Below, piece after piece: positions 1-8,516 of a stretch of 20,837 nucleotides of DNA. The stretch's first letter is position 1. Each line of letters opens with the position of its first letter. Source of the DNA: Armatimonadota bacterium (GTDB taxonomy: Bacteria; Sysuimicrobiota; Sysuimicrobiia; Sysuimicrobiales; Humicultoraceae); assembly GCA_016198805.1 (NCBI GenBank), contig JACQHU010000200.1:1-20837 (forward strand), in the 5' to 3' direction. The notes below the pieces were generated by a model. That model had not been told where the DNA came from. It saw only the letters and a program-made list of their open reading frames with translations, and made no database searches. The position numbers were made by a program, and so were the translations under genes.

Positions 1-161
1 CCGGCCAGCGCCTCAGGCGTCAGCCATCCGGCTTCCTCCTGAGCCGCGAACAACGCCGGCAGCAGCGCTGACTGCCTGTGCTCGTAGAGGCCGGCCAGAG
101 CGCGGATCTCCCGCCGCGCGGCCTCGCCCAGCCCCGGGGCGGCGGCCGGCCCGGTCGTCAT
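1..161 (-). CDS. nuoE: NADH-quinone oxidoreductase subunit E (24 kDa subunit), N-terminal about 53 codons only. The gene runs off the window edge.
   Basis: Hand translation of the minus strand from the ATG at 161..159 gives MTTGPAAAPGLGEAARREIRALAGLYEHRQSALLPALFAAQEEAGWLTPEALA. The block YxxxRQSALLPxLxxAQEExGWLxPEA matches the conserved NuoE/Nqo2 N-terminus. The ATG overlaps the nuoD stop (ATGA). It is absent from the ORF track because there is no in-window stop. Confidence 0.75.
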   Translation of the reverse strand, partial: MTTGPAAAPGLGEAARREIRALAGLYEHRQSALLPALFAAQEEAGWLTPEALA

Positions 162-1336
162 CGGTCCACGTCTCCCAGCACGATGTCGATGCTGGCAATG
201 GCCACGACGCAGTCGGCGACGTAGCAGCGGTAGAGCATCACCGGCAGGGCCTGCAGGTTGTTGAACGACGCCGACCGCACGCGGACCCGCGCCGGCCGGT
301 TGCTGCCGTCGCTGACCACGTAGTAGCCTTTCTCGCCCCGCGGCGACTCCACCGCCACGTACACCTCTCCGACGGGCGGGCGGATGCCCTCGCTGACCAG
401 CTTGAACTGATGAATGACCGCCTCCATGCTGCGCACGAGCTCGGCGCGCGGGGGCAGGGCGATCTTCCGATCGTCGACGAGCACCGGCCCACCGGGGAGG
501 AGGTCCAGCGCCTGGAGAATGATGCGCCGGCTCTGCCGCATCTCCTCCATCCGGATCAGATACCGGTCGAACGCATCGCCGCGCGTCCCAAGCGGCACGT
601 CGAACTCGAATTGCTCATAACCGCTGTACGGAAACGCCTTCCGGACGTCGTAGTTGACCCCGGAGCCGCGCAGGATGGGGCCGGTGCATCCATACCGCAG
701 GGCGTCTTCGGCGGAGAGCACCGCGATGCCCTCGGTCCGCTTGCGCCAGATCAGGTTGTCGGTCAGCAGCGTCTCGTACTCGTCTACGCGCGCCGCCAGG
801 CCATCGACGAGCCGGCGGACACGCGCCTCGAACCCCTCGGGCAGGTCCCACTGCAGGCCGCCGATCCGCATGTAGCCATGCATCATGCGCTGACCGGAGA
901 CCATATCGAAGATGTCGAGGATTCCCTCCCGGTCCTGGAAGCAGTACATGAACGCGCTGCTCACGTTCACGTCGATGGCGCTGCTCCCCAGCCAGACCAG
1001 ATGGCTGGCGATGCGGGACAGCTCCATCAGGATGACCCGCGCGATCTGCGCCCGGGGGGGTGGCGTGATCCCCAGCAGCTTCTCCACCGCCAGCACATAG
1101 GCCGTCTCCTCGATGAACGTCGCCAGGTACTCGATCCGCGCCGGGAAGACGATGTTCTGGTGGTAGGTCCTGGTCTCCATCTCCTTTTCGAAGCCGGTGT
1201 GGAGGTATCCGATCACGGGCTGGGCGCCGAGGATAACCTCGCCCTCCAGCTCGAGCACGAGCCGCAGCACCCCGTGCGTCGCCGGGTGCTGCGGGCCCAT
1301 GTTGATGGTCACCGTCTCGGTGCGCGTCTCAGGCAT
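158..1336 (-). CDS. nuoD: NADH-quinone oxidoreductase subunit D (49 kDa subunit)
   Basis: The ORF 158..1573 carries the NuoD signature MPETRTETVTINMGPQHPATHGVLRLVLELEGE ... SIDIVLGDVDR. The true start is the internal ATG at 1336 (MPETR...). The upstream 79 codons overlap nuoC in another frame and are ORF-finder extension. Confidence 0.93.
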   Translation of the reverse strand: MPETRTETVTINMGPQHPATHGVLRLVLELEGEVILGAQPVIGYLHTGFEKEMETRTYHQNIVFPARIEYLATFIEETAYVLAVEKLLGITPPPRAQIARVILMELSRIASHLVWLGSSAIDVNVSSAFMYCFQDREGILDIFDMVSGQRMMHGYMRIGGLQWDLPEGFEARVRRLVDGLAARVDEYETLLTDNLIWRKRTEGIAVLSAEDALRYGCTGPILRGSGVNYDVRKAFPYSGYEQFEFDVPLGTRGDAFDRYLIRMEEMRQSRRIILQALDLLPGGPVLVDDRKIALPPRAELVRSMEAVIHQFKLVSEGIRPPVGEVYVAVESPRGEKGYYVVSDGSNRPARVRVRSASFNNLQALPVMLYRCYVADCVVAIASIDIVLGDVDR

Positions 1337-1412
1337 GGTGATCTCGCACTCCGTCGCTTGCGCCGGTCGCGGTCGCCCGCACGGGCCGGGCGACCGCCGG
1401 TGCATCCACTCC

Positions 1413-1940
1413 TTAGGGTTGCGGCGGCGACTTCGGAATGATGGTGCTGGGAACCTTGGGCACGTGGTCGACGAACTCGACCGGCTCCTCGGTGAGCGGA
1501 AAGTCCTTCCGCAGCGGATGCCCTTCCCAGTCGTCCGGCAACAGGATCCGCCTGAGCTCCGAATGCCCATCAAACCGGACGCCGAACAGATCGAAGACCT
1601 CGCGCTCCAGCCAGTTGGCCGCTGGATATAGGCCGGTCGCGCTGGCGATCGCCGGCTGGTCTCCCGGCAGGCGCGCCTTCACCCGCACCCGGATCGGCGG
1701 GTGATACCCCGTCAGCAGGTAGACGACCTCGAAGCGGGGTTCGGCCGGATACCGGTCCACGGCGGTGAGATCGGTCAGCACCAGGGGCGTGCCTGCAGGG
1801 TCGCGCAGGGCCTGGAGCACGTCGAGGATGCGGCCGGATGCGACGACCACCGTCGTCTCTCCGAGAAACTCCACCACCTCGACGGCCGCGGGGCCGCACT
1901 GCTCCTGTACGCGGGCGATCAGGGCGGCAGGCGTCGTCAC
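1413..1940 (-). CDS. nuoC: NADH-quinone oxidoreductase subunit C (30 kDa subunit)
   Basis: It has the NuoC signature [41 protein letters not shown]. The start is taken as the GTG at 1940..1938, which overlaps the nuoB TGA stop (GTGA). The track's longer N-terminal extension overlaps nuoB coding and is rejected. Confidence 0.88.
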   Translation of the reverse strand: MTTPAALIARVQEQCGPAAVEVVEFLGETTVVVASGRILDVLQALRDPAGTPLVLTDLTAVDRYPAEPRFEVVYLLTGYHPPIRVRVKARLPGDQPAIASATGLYPAANWLEREVFDLFGVRFDGHSELRRILLPDDWEGHPLRKDFPLTEEPVEFVDHVPKVPSTIIPKSPPQP

Positions 1941-2458
1941 CGCCGGCCCCCGGTCCGGGTAATCTTCTCCTGGAGTTTGAGGAGGCCGTACAGCAGCGCC
2001 TCGGGGCGAGGCGGGCACCCGGCCACGTACACGTCCACGGGCACGATCTTGTCGACGCCCTGCACCAGGGCGTAGTTGTTGAAGACCCCCCCGCAGGACG
2101 CGCAGTCGCCCATGGCGATGACCCACTTGGGCTCCAGCATCTGGTCGTAGATGTGCCGCAGCACCGGGGCCATCTTCTGCGAGACGCGGCCGGACACGAT
2201 GAGCAGGTCGGCCTGCCGCGGCGAGGCCCGGAAGAGTTCGCTCCCGAAGCGCGCGATGTCAAACCGCGCCGCTGCGGCCGCCATCATCTCGATGGCGCAG
2301 CAGGCCAGGCCGAACTGGGCGGGCCAGATGCTCCCCGACCGCGCCCACCGGGTCATGCGCTCGACAGTGGTGGTCAGGATCCGCTTCTCGAACTCGGCGG
2401 CGTCACGGTCGGTCGTTGGAGTCGACGTCACTGCCATTCCAGCGCCTGCCGCTTCCAC
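1937..2458 (-). CDS. nuoB: NADH-quinone oxidoreductase subunit B (20 kDa, Fe-S N2)
   Basis: Classic NuoB motifs are present: [10 protein letters not shown], DxxRFG, the GDCASCGG cysteines and [11 protein letters not shown]. The start may be 2458 or the internal ATG at 2437. Either way it overlaps the nuoA 3' end. Confidence 0.93.
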   Translation of the reverse strand: MEAAGAGMAVTSTPTTDRDAAEFEKRILTTTVERMTRWARSGSIWPAQFGLACCAIEMMAAAAARFDIARFGSELFRASPRQADLLIVSGRVSQKMAPVLRHIYDQMLEPKWVIAMGDCASCGGVFNNYALVQGVDKIVPVDVYVAGCPPRPEALLYGLLKLQEKITRTGGRR

Positions 2459-2805
2459 GCGTAGATCAGCCCCAGGCCGAGCACGCCGATAAACACCAGC
2501 ATCTCAACGAGACCGAAGGTCCCCAGCCGGCGGAAGACCACCGCCCAGGGGAACAGGAAGACCGTCTCGATATCAAACAGGATGAACAGCATCGCGATGA
2601 CATAGTACCGGATCGGGTTGCGCTCGCGCGAGGTGCCGATGGGCCACACGCCGGATTCGTACGGTTCCTGTTTTGGGGGGGTCGGGCGGCTGCCGCCGAG
2701 CAGCGCGTGCGCGCCGAGCAGGGAGACGGTGAGGCCAACGACGAGCACAAAGTGCACGAGGATCGGGAGGTACTCGAACAACGCCGTCACCGTCAGTGGC
2801 GCCAA
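2428..2805 (-). CDS. nuoA: NADH-quinone oxidoreductase subunit A
   Basis: The 125-aa product has three TM segments. It matches NuoA/Nqo7: MAP...PYESG...[25 protein letters not shown]. The TTG start at 2805 has an AGGA about 9 nt upstream. Confidence 0.88.
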   Translation of the reverse strand: MAPLTVTALFEYLPILVHFVLVVGLTVSLLGAHALLGGSRPTPPKQEPYESGVWPIGTSRERNPIRYYVIAMLFILFDIETVFLFPWAVVFRRLGTFGLVEMLVFIGVLGLGLIYAWKRQALEWQ

Positions 2806-2863
2806 GCCTTGTCCTGACCGCGTGGCAGGCCACGTTTCATCATCGCAAAGTTGGCCAGGAGTG

Positions 2864-4039
2864 TCAACGCCGACCGGCGGCGGCGCGGCGGATGGTCGCG
2901 AGGATGCGCGGGAGCGCCTCCAGCATCGCGTCGATCTCTTCCAGCGTCGTCCATCGCCCCAGCGAGAACCGCAGGGTACCGGCGGCGAACGAGGGCGGCA
3001 CGCCCAGGGCGGCGATCACGTGCGAGGGCTCAAGACTCCCCGACGTGCACGCTGAGCCGCTGGAGGCGGCGATGCCCTCCAGGTCGAGCGCCAGCAGGAG
3101 CGACTCGCTGTCGGAGGCGGCGAACGAGGCGTTGACGATGCCCGGCAGGCGCCGCGTCGGATGCCCGTTGAGGCGCGCGCCGTCGATGGCCGCCAGCCCC
3201 GCGCTCAACCGCTCGCGCAGGCCGGCCAGCCGCGCCGCCTCGTCGGCCATGCTCGCCAGCGCGATCCGGGCCGCCTCGCCGAACCCGACGATCGCCGGGA
3301 CGTTCTCCGTCCCGCCGCGGCGGCCGCGCTCCTGGCTCCCGCCGTGCTGGAACGGTTCGATCTGCACGCCGGTGCGAACGTACAGGGCGCCGATCCCCTT
3401 GGGCCCATAGCGCTTGTGCGCGGACAGGGAGAGCAGATCCACGCCCAGCGCCTTCACATCGATCGGCACGATGCCCGCGCTCTGGGTGGCGTCAGTGTGA
3501 AACGGGACGCCGTGCTCGCGCGCGATCGCGGCGATCTCGGCGACCGGCCCCAGCGTCCCGATCTCGTTGTTGCCGTGCATGACGCTGACCAGTACCGTCT
3601 CCGGACGGATGGCCCGGCGGACCGCGTCCGGATCGACGATCCCATGCCGGTCCACGGGCAGGACCGTCACGCTCACCCCGTGGGCTTCCAGCCACCGGCA
3701 CGGCTCGAGCACCGCATGATGCTCGGTGGCCGCGGTGATGACGTGCCGGTCGGGCACGCCCCGGGCGTAGACGGCCCCGAAGATCGCGGCGTTGTTCGCC
3801 TCGGTGGCGCCTGAGGTGAAGACGATCTCCTTCGGCAGCGCGCCGATCAGGTGCGCCACCGCCGCCCGCGCCTCGTCGACCGCCGCCCGCGCGCTCTGCC
3901 CGAACTGGTGCACGCTCCCCGGGTTGCCGAAGCGCTCTGCGAAGTACGGTCGCATGGCGTCCAGTACGCGGGGATCGACCGGGGTGGTCGCCGCGTAGTC
4001 AAGATAGATCAACCGGCTCAGGTCTGGGGTTCCGCCCAT
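2864..4039 (-). CDS. Cysteine desulfurase, group I (IscS/NifS type), PLP-dependent
   Basis: The ORF 2864..4255 contains YLDYAATTP, the PLP-lysine motif SAHKRYGPKG and the catalytic loop SSGSACTS typical of IscS/NifS. The real start is the ATG at 4039 (MGGTPDLSRLIYLDYAATTP). The upstream 72 codons are extension. Confidence 0.9.
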   Translation of the reverse strand: MGGTPDLSRLIYLDYAATTPVDPRVLDAMRPYFAERFGNPGSVHQFGQSARAAVDEARAAVAHLIGALPKEIVFTSGATEANNAAIFGAVYARGVPDRHVITAATEHHAVLEPCRWLEAHGVSVTVLPVDRHGIVDPDAVRRAIRPETVLVSVMHGNNEIGTLGPVAEIAAIAREHGVPFHTDATQSAGIVPIDVKALGVDLLSLSAHKRYGPKGIGALYVRTGVQIEPFQHGGSQERGRRGGTENVPAIVGFGEAARIALASMADEAARLAGLRERLSAGLAAIDGARLNGHPTRRLPGIVNASFAASDSESLLLALDLEGIAASSGSACTSGSLEPSHVIAALGVPPSFAAGTLRFSLGRWTTLEEIDAMLEALPRILATIRRAAAGRR

Positions 4040-4091
4040 ACCAGCGTTTAGTATAGCGCAGCCGGGTGGCGGAGCCGGGCCCCCGGCAGGG

Positions 4092-4598
4092 TCATCCTGC
4101 CGGCACGCGATGGCGGTCGATCCAGTAGGCCCACGGGATGAAGAGCCAAAGTGCCAGTCCCCCGATGGCGATCGCCATCGCACTCGGGGGCGCGGGTCCT
4201 GCAAGGGATGCCGCGTACAGGACGGCGAGCAGGACGAGGAGCGCCCACAGCGCATACCGCCCCACGGCGTCGCTGGCGCTGGTGGTGCGGAGATAGAACA
4301 CCGCCCCGCCGAGGACCCAGGCGCCCCGCGGATAGTGCCGGGTGAGTCCGTAGATCAGGCCGAACAGCAGCGACCATCCCAGGGCACCCACCAGGCTGTG
4401 TGTGATCGGGTAGTTGTAGAAGTCCAGGGGCGACACCGCCGTGATGCCGGGGTGGATCCGGACGTGCTCTACCCCGACCAACAGGAAGATCGGCCAGAGC
4501 AGATCGGCGAGCTGGGCCGCCAGCATCAGCGTTCCCAACGACACCGCAGGGGCTGCCTTCTTCGCCGCGAGTGCGACGCCGTAGTGACCGAGGAACAT
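4092..4598 (-). CDS. Integral membrane protein, probably a YdjM/DUF457-like membrane-bound metal-dependent hydrolase
   Basis: The 168-aa product has 4-5 hydrophobic segments. The N-terminal MFLGHYG and internal ITHSLVGAL resemble the YdjM-family GH...THSLL motifs. A strong SD (AGGAGGG) sits 5 nt upstream of the ATG at 4598. Confidence 0.75.
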   Translation of the reverse strand: MFLGHYGVALAAKKAAPAVSLGTLMLAAQLADLLWPIFLLVGVEHVRIHPGITAVSPLDFYNYPITHSLVGALGWSLLFGLIYGLTRHYPRGAWVLGGAVFYLRTTSASDAVGRYALWALLVLLAVLYAASLAGPAPPSAMAIAIGGLALWLFIPWAYWIDRHRVPAG

Positions 4599-4625
4599 GG
4601 CACCCTCCTGATCTGACCGGCGGGC

Positions 4626-5159
4626 TCAGGTCGACCGTTCGGTGCCGGCCGGAAGTGCGGGACTCGCCTCGGCCCGGTCCAGGTAGCGCAGGATCTCATC
4701 CAGCGACCGGATGTCGACCCCGTACTGGAGAAAGCGGATCGGCCCGACCGCCGCCCGCACGGCGTCCAGGTGCAGGGTGCGGTCGTCGACGTATAGAACC
4801 TGGTCCGGCGCCAGGCTGATGCCGCCCTCCGCCAGTTCGGCGAAGAGGGCGCTGATGGTCAATTGCTTGTGGGGATGTGGCTCGACTTTTCTGTGGTCGA
4901 AGTAGTGACCCAGCTCAAGCAGATCGAAGATCTCCTCCACCGCCTGCGGATCGTTCCAGGAGGCGCAGGCGATGATGAGCCCGCGCTCGCGGAGCCCCTC
5001 GAGAAGCGCGCGGACCCCCGGGAACAGGGTCACGCGCACCTCACCCTGATCTTCGATCGTCTCGTCGTCGACCCGCCGGAAGGGTCGCACGAGCCCCGTG
5101 ACGTTCCGGTGATCCCACAGGGTGAGGTCGAGGTCGAGCACGACGAGTCGCACCGGCAT
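4626..5159 (-). CDS. HAD-superfamily phosphatase, magnesium-dependent phosphatase-1 (MDP-1)-like
   Basis: HAD motif I is DLDLTLWDH near the N-terminus when the start is the ATG at 5159 (MPVRLVVLDLDLTLWD). The track ORF instead starts at the GTG at 5255, which overlaps the Nudix stop, so the start is ambiguous (see findings). Confidence 0.8.
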   Translation of the reverse strand: MPVRLVVLDLDLTLWDHRNVTGLVRPFRRVDDETIEDQGEVRVTLFPGVRALLEGLRERGLIIACASWNDPQAVEEIFDLLELGHYFDHRKVEPHPHKQLTISALFAELAEGGISLAPDQVLYVDDRTLHLDAVRAAVGPIRFLQYGVDIRSLDEILRYLDRAEASPALPAGTERST

Positions 5160-5251
5160 CAGTGAACCGTCCCTTCTTCCTGTATGCTTCGTCAGCCAGG
5201 ACGCGTCCAGGCCGACGGCGTTGCCATGGACGTCGGAAAAGATCGCGACCC

Positions 5252-5863
5252 TCACCGATCCCCCCCTCCCTGGGCCTGGCTGCGGAACGCCCTCTCGGCC
5301 TCGTCAGCCAGCAGCCGGACCATGCTCTTGATAATCCGCGCCGTCGCGCCCCAGATCACGTGCGGGGGATAGTCGTAAAAGAGGAGTTCCATCTCGCGCC
5401 CGTCAGGCGCCACGCGCTCGACCCGCAGGTTCGCTGGATTGAGGAACACCTCCAGCGGCACCGAGACGATCTCCTGGATCTCGTTCGGGTTGGGCCGCAG
5501 CCTGGCCGGCGGCGGGATAAAGCCCACGTAGGGCGTGATCGCGAACCCGGAGACGACCGTCTCGGTCTCGTCCAGCCGCCCCCAGACCTCCACCACTTCC
5601 GGCGGGAGCCCGATCTCCTCATAGGTCTCCCGGAGCGCCGTGTCCAGGAGATCTCTGTCCCCCGGCTCCTCCCCGCCTCCCGGGAAGGAGATCTGGCCCT
5701 TGTGGTGCTCGACGGTCTCGGTGCGCTTGGTCAGCAGCAGGTACGGGACCCCTCCTGAGTCGAAGACCGGGACCAGGACCGCCGCCCGCTTGGACTGGTG
5801 GGGGGCAAGGTCGCGGGGCCGGGCCGTCCGGAGCCGGTCACGCAGGGTTGCGAGCAGATCCAT
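5252..5863 (-). CDS. Nudix hydrolase, CoA pyrophosphatase (NudL)-like
   Basis: Nudix box: GGGEEPGDRDLLDTALRETYEEIGL. The upstream LLLTKRTETVEHHKGQISFPGG matches the CoA-pyrophosphatase LLTxR...HxGxVxFPGG motif. The ATG is at 5863. Confidence 0.88.
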   Translation of the reverse strand: MDLLATLRDRLRTARPRDLAPHQSKRAAVLVPVFDSGGVPYLLLTKRTETVEHHKGQISFPGGGEEPGDRDLLDTALRETYEEIGLPPEVVEVWGRLDETETVVSGFAITPYVGFIPPPARLRPNPNEIQEIVSVPLEVFLNPANLRVERVAPDGREMELLFYDYPPHVIWGATARIIKSMVRLLADEAERAFRSQAQGGGDR

Positions 5864-5919
5864 GCCCTAATGTTGGCGATTCCGGCCCCCCTCTCCTCCC
5901 GCTGGAGTTCAGTCTCCAC

Positions 5920-5963
5920 GATATCTTGGGGCATCAGCGGCCGATCCCTACAAGATCTTGGGG
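5920..5963. promoter_or_regulatory. Pair of 11-nt direct repeats, (A/a)(t/g)ATCTTGGGG, 32 nt apart in the Nudix/thyX divergent promoter region. This is a candidate operator.
   Basis: The sequence atatcttgggg at 5921-5931 and agatcttgggg at 5953-5963 match at 10 of 11 positions. They lie between divergent starts at 5863 (minus strand) and 6024 (plus strand). Confidence 0.3.
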
Positions 5964-6023
5964 AAGCAGCAGGATTTCGTGCAACCGGCGATGAATATGC
6001 CGGTTGACCCCGGGAGGAAGGCC

Positions 6024-7526
6024 ATGCATCCACAGTTCGCCTCCATCGACGGCACTCCATCGCTGCGTCAACGCGACATCTACCTCCTCAGCCCCAGGCT
6101 CCTTCCTCCCGAGGTCATAGCCGTCGCCTTTGCCAAGACCTCGCGCAGCCCGAAGCCTTTCCGGGAGATCGCATCAGAGCTCACCGAGGAGTCCTCCAGC
6201 GAGTTCCACGAGAAGTGGGTCCTGGGCTACGGCCACGGGTCCGTCGCCGAGCATGCGGTCCTTCACCTGGCGCTGGAGAACCTCTCGCGCCTGGCCATCG
6301 AGTGCCTGGAAAGCAACCGCCTCTGCTCGTACACGGAGAAATCGACCCGGTACCAGATCTTCGACTCGTTCTATATCCCGCCGGCCATCGCCGCCTCCTC
6401 TGACGCGAAACTGTACGCCGATACCTGCCGGCACCTGTTCGAGACGTACAACGCGAGCCTCGAGCCGGTCCGCAGGGTCATTGAGGAGTGGTACACGCGC
6501 AGGCCGGAGGAGACGGACCGGGCGTACGCGGCCCGCGTCCGGTCCCGGTATGTTGACGTCTGCCGTTTCCTGCTGCCGTGCGCGACGCTGGCCAACGTGG
6601 GGATGACCGCCAACGCCCGCGCGCTGGAACACGCCATCACCAAGATGCTCTCCCACCCGCTGGAAGAGGTCCGCGCGATCGGCGCCGAGGTCAAGGAGGT
6701 TGCCCGCACCGAGGTGCCGACGCTGGTGAAGTACGCCGACCCCAACCCGTACCTGGTGGAAACGGCTGCCGCGCTTGAGGGTGTGGCGCGGGAAGCCGGC
6801 GCGACGGAACCGGCATGGGATGGGACGGCCGGCGTCCGCCTGGAGCATTACGACCGGGACGCCGAGACCAGGATTGTGGCCGCCTCCTTCTATCGCCACG
6901 GCCGGGCGTCGTACGCTGAGGCCCGGGCCCAGGCAGCGGCGATGACCCCCGGGGAGCGGCTGGCGGTCATCGAGCAGGCGATCGGCCGCCTGAAACGGCA
7001 CGACACCCCGATCCGCGAACTGGAGCACACGACCTACACGCTCGACATCGTGTGCGATCAGGGGGCGTACTTCGACCTCAAGCGCCACCGGATGATGACC
7101 CAGAGCCCGCAGCCGCCCACGGTCGAGCTCGGCTACGCGGTGCCGCGGGCCATCGACGAGGCCGGCTTCGGCCAGCGCTACCGGGACGCCATCGACCGGG
7201 CGACCGACGCGTACCGGCAGATCGCACCCCACTTCCCTCACGAGGCCGCCTACCTGGTCACCAACGCCCACAACCGGCGCTTCCTGGCGACTTTGAACCT
7301 CCGGGAGCTCTACAGCGTGGTGCCGCTGCGGGCGAGGGAATCCGGGCACTTCTCCTACCGTCGCGTCGCGCTGTTGATGTTCGAGGCGGTGCGCGCAGTC
7401 CATCCTTCACTGGTGGCGCACATCCGGTTCGGCTACAGCCAGCCGGCGGCAGCCGACCTCGAAGCCCGGCATTTCTCAGAAGTCGCTGCCCGGCCGGCGC
7501 GGGTCCCGGCTCCGACCGGGCGCTAG
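6024..7526 (+). CDS. ThyX-like (Thy1 family, FAD-dependent thymidylate synthase fold) protein with two tandem Thy1 domains
   Basis: Two consecutive ThyX-like cores are present. Domain 1 reads HGSVAEHAVLHLALENLSRLAIECLESNRLCSYTEKSTRYQ...FYIPP...NARALEH. Domain 2 reads HDTPIRELEHTTYTLDIVCDQGAYFDLKRHRMMTQS...NLRELYSV. The probable start is the ATG at 6024, preceded by GGGAGGAAGG at 6012-6021. The track's TTG at 5958 is less likely. Confidence 0.8.
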   Translation: MHPQFASIDGTPSLRQRDIYLLSPRLLPPEVIAVAFAKTSRSPKPFREIASELTEESSSEFHEKWVLGYGHGSVAEHAVLHLALENLSRLAIECLESNRLCSYTEKSTRYQIFDSFYIPPAIAASSDAKLYADTCRHLFETYNASLEPVRRVIEEWYTRRPEETDRAYAARVRSRYVDVCRFLLPCATLANVGMTANARALEHAITKMLSHPLEEVRAIGAEVKEVARTEVPTLVKYADPNPYLVETAAALEGVAREAGATEPAWDGTAGVRLEHYDRDAETRIVAASFYRHGRASYAEARAQAAAMTPGERLAVIEQAIGRLKRHDTPIRELEHTTYTLDIVCDQGAYFDLKRHRMMTQSPQPPTVELGYAVPRAIDEAGFGQRYRDAIDRATDAYRQIAPHFPHEAAYLVTNAHNRRFLATLNLRELYSVVPLRARESGHFSYRRVALLMFEAVRAVHPSLVAHIRFGYSQPAAADLEARHFSEVAARPARVPAPTGR

Positions 7527-7598
7527 CCGCCGCTTGCATCTCCTTCGCATTCCTACCGACCGAATTCCCAACGACCGACATCCGAGGAGGCGCATGCC

Positions 7599-8516
7599 AT
7601 GGCATTCCTGAAGCTGGTGGTCTACGTCATAGGATTCGGGATCGCGCTGCTGGTGGCCAGACTGGCGGCCGGTGGGAGAGAACACGGCAGTGAGGGCCGG
7701 GGGCGCGGGCTGGGCGTCAGCGGGGTCGGGGTGATCCTGGGCCTGGCGATCGTCGTGCTGACGCTGGCGATCTCCGCCAGTTTCGGGCAGGTGCCGGCGG
7801 GCTTTCGCGGGGTGGTGCTGCGGTTTGGCGCGCCGACGGGCACCATCAAGGGCGAGGGCCTCTACATGGTCACGCCATTCATCAACACCGTGGAACTGAT
7901 GTCGGTCCAGGTGGTCGCCTACGAGGCCATCGCCGAAGCCGCCTCGCGCGACCTGCAGGACGTGAAGGCGAAAGTGACTCTGAACTACTCGCTCGACGCC
8001 CTGCAGGTGGTCGACATCTACCGGCGGCTCCGGCAGGACTACGAGGTCCGGATCATCAAGCCGGCCATCCAGGAGGCCGTGAAGGCCGCCACCGCGCGGT
8101 TCACCGCCGAGGAGCTCATCACGCGGCGGCCCGAGGTGCGCGACGCCATCCAGAGGAATCTGGAGGAGCGCCTCGTCAGGTTCCACATCCGGTCCGAGGC
8201 GATGTCGATCACCGACTTCGCGTTCAGCAAGTCCTTCAACGAGGCCATCGAAGCGAAAGTGACCGCGACCCAGCAGGTGCTCAAGGCCGAGCGCGACCTG
8301 CAGCGCGTGCGCCTGGAGGCCCAGCAGCAGATCGAGCAGGCCCGGGCTCAGGCCGAGGCGCTGCGGATTCAAAAAGAGAACGTCACGGCGCAGCTGGTGG
8401 AACTGCGGAAGATCGAAGCGCAGATGCGGGCCATCGAGAAGTGGAACGGCGCGATGCCGACCTACGTGGCGGGGCCGTTCCCGATTCTGGACGTGTTCAA
8501 CAGCGGGAAGCGGTAA
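7599..8516 (+). CDS. Prohibitin/SPFH (band-7) family membrane protein
   Basis: An N-terminal TM segment is followed by PAGFRGVVLRFG and a long coiled-coil Ala/Gln/Glu-rich C-terminus typical of the SPFH domain. The SD is GAGGAGG, 8 nt upstream of the ATG at 7599. A shorter single-TM product starting at the GTG near 7729 is an alternative. Confidence 0.88.
   Translation: MAFLKLVVYVIGFGIALLVARLAAGGREHGSEGRGRGLGVSGVGVILGLAIVVLTLAISASFGQVPAGFRGVVLRFGAPTGTIKGEGLYMVTPFINTVELMSVQVVAYEAIAEAASRDLQDVKAKVTLNYSLDALQVVDIYRRLRQDYEVRIIKPAIQEAVKAATARFTAEELITRRPEVRDAIQRNLEERLVRFHIRSEAMSITDFAFSKSFNEAIEAKVTATQQVLKAERDLQRVRLEAQQQIEQARAQAEALRIQKENVTAQLVELRKIEAQMRAIEKWNGAMPTYVAGPFPILDVFNSGKR

Noticed and set aside
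410-1441. 343-aa plus-strand ORF
   Set aside because: It is entirely antisense to nuoD. Its Arg/Pro/Ala-rich composition is typical of GC-driven shadow ORFs, and it has no recognisable domain.
1570-2464. Several minus-strand and plus-strand ORFs (1570..2262, 1838..2464 and others) overlapping nuoB/nuoC
   Set aside because: They are alternative frames of well-supported nuo genes with low-complexity R/P/G/A-rich translations.
2821-2834. Palindrome CGTGGCaGGCCACG between the cysteine desulfurase stop and the nuoA start
   Set aside because: It has only 6-bp arms with a 2-nt centre and no U-tract. It is too weak to call a terminator or operator without comparative data.
4040-4255. 72-codon N-terminal extension of the cysteine desulfurase ORF
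   Set aside because: The conserved N-terminus begins at the internal ATG (4039). The extension is Arg/Pro-rich and runs into the neighbouring gene region.
6174-7403. 409-aa minus-strand ORF
   Set aside because: It is antisense to the ThyX-like gene, which has clear domain signatures. It has artefact composition.
7599-7730. Possible second TM segment or N-terminal extension of the prohibitin
   Set aside because: It could be real or reflect a downstream GTG start. It cannot be decided from sequence alone, so I kept the SD-supported ATG.
7476-8372. 298-aa minus-strand ORF
   Set aside because: It is antisense to the prohibitin gene and has artefact composition.
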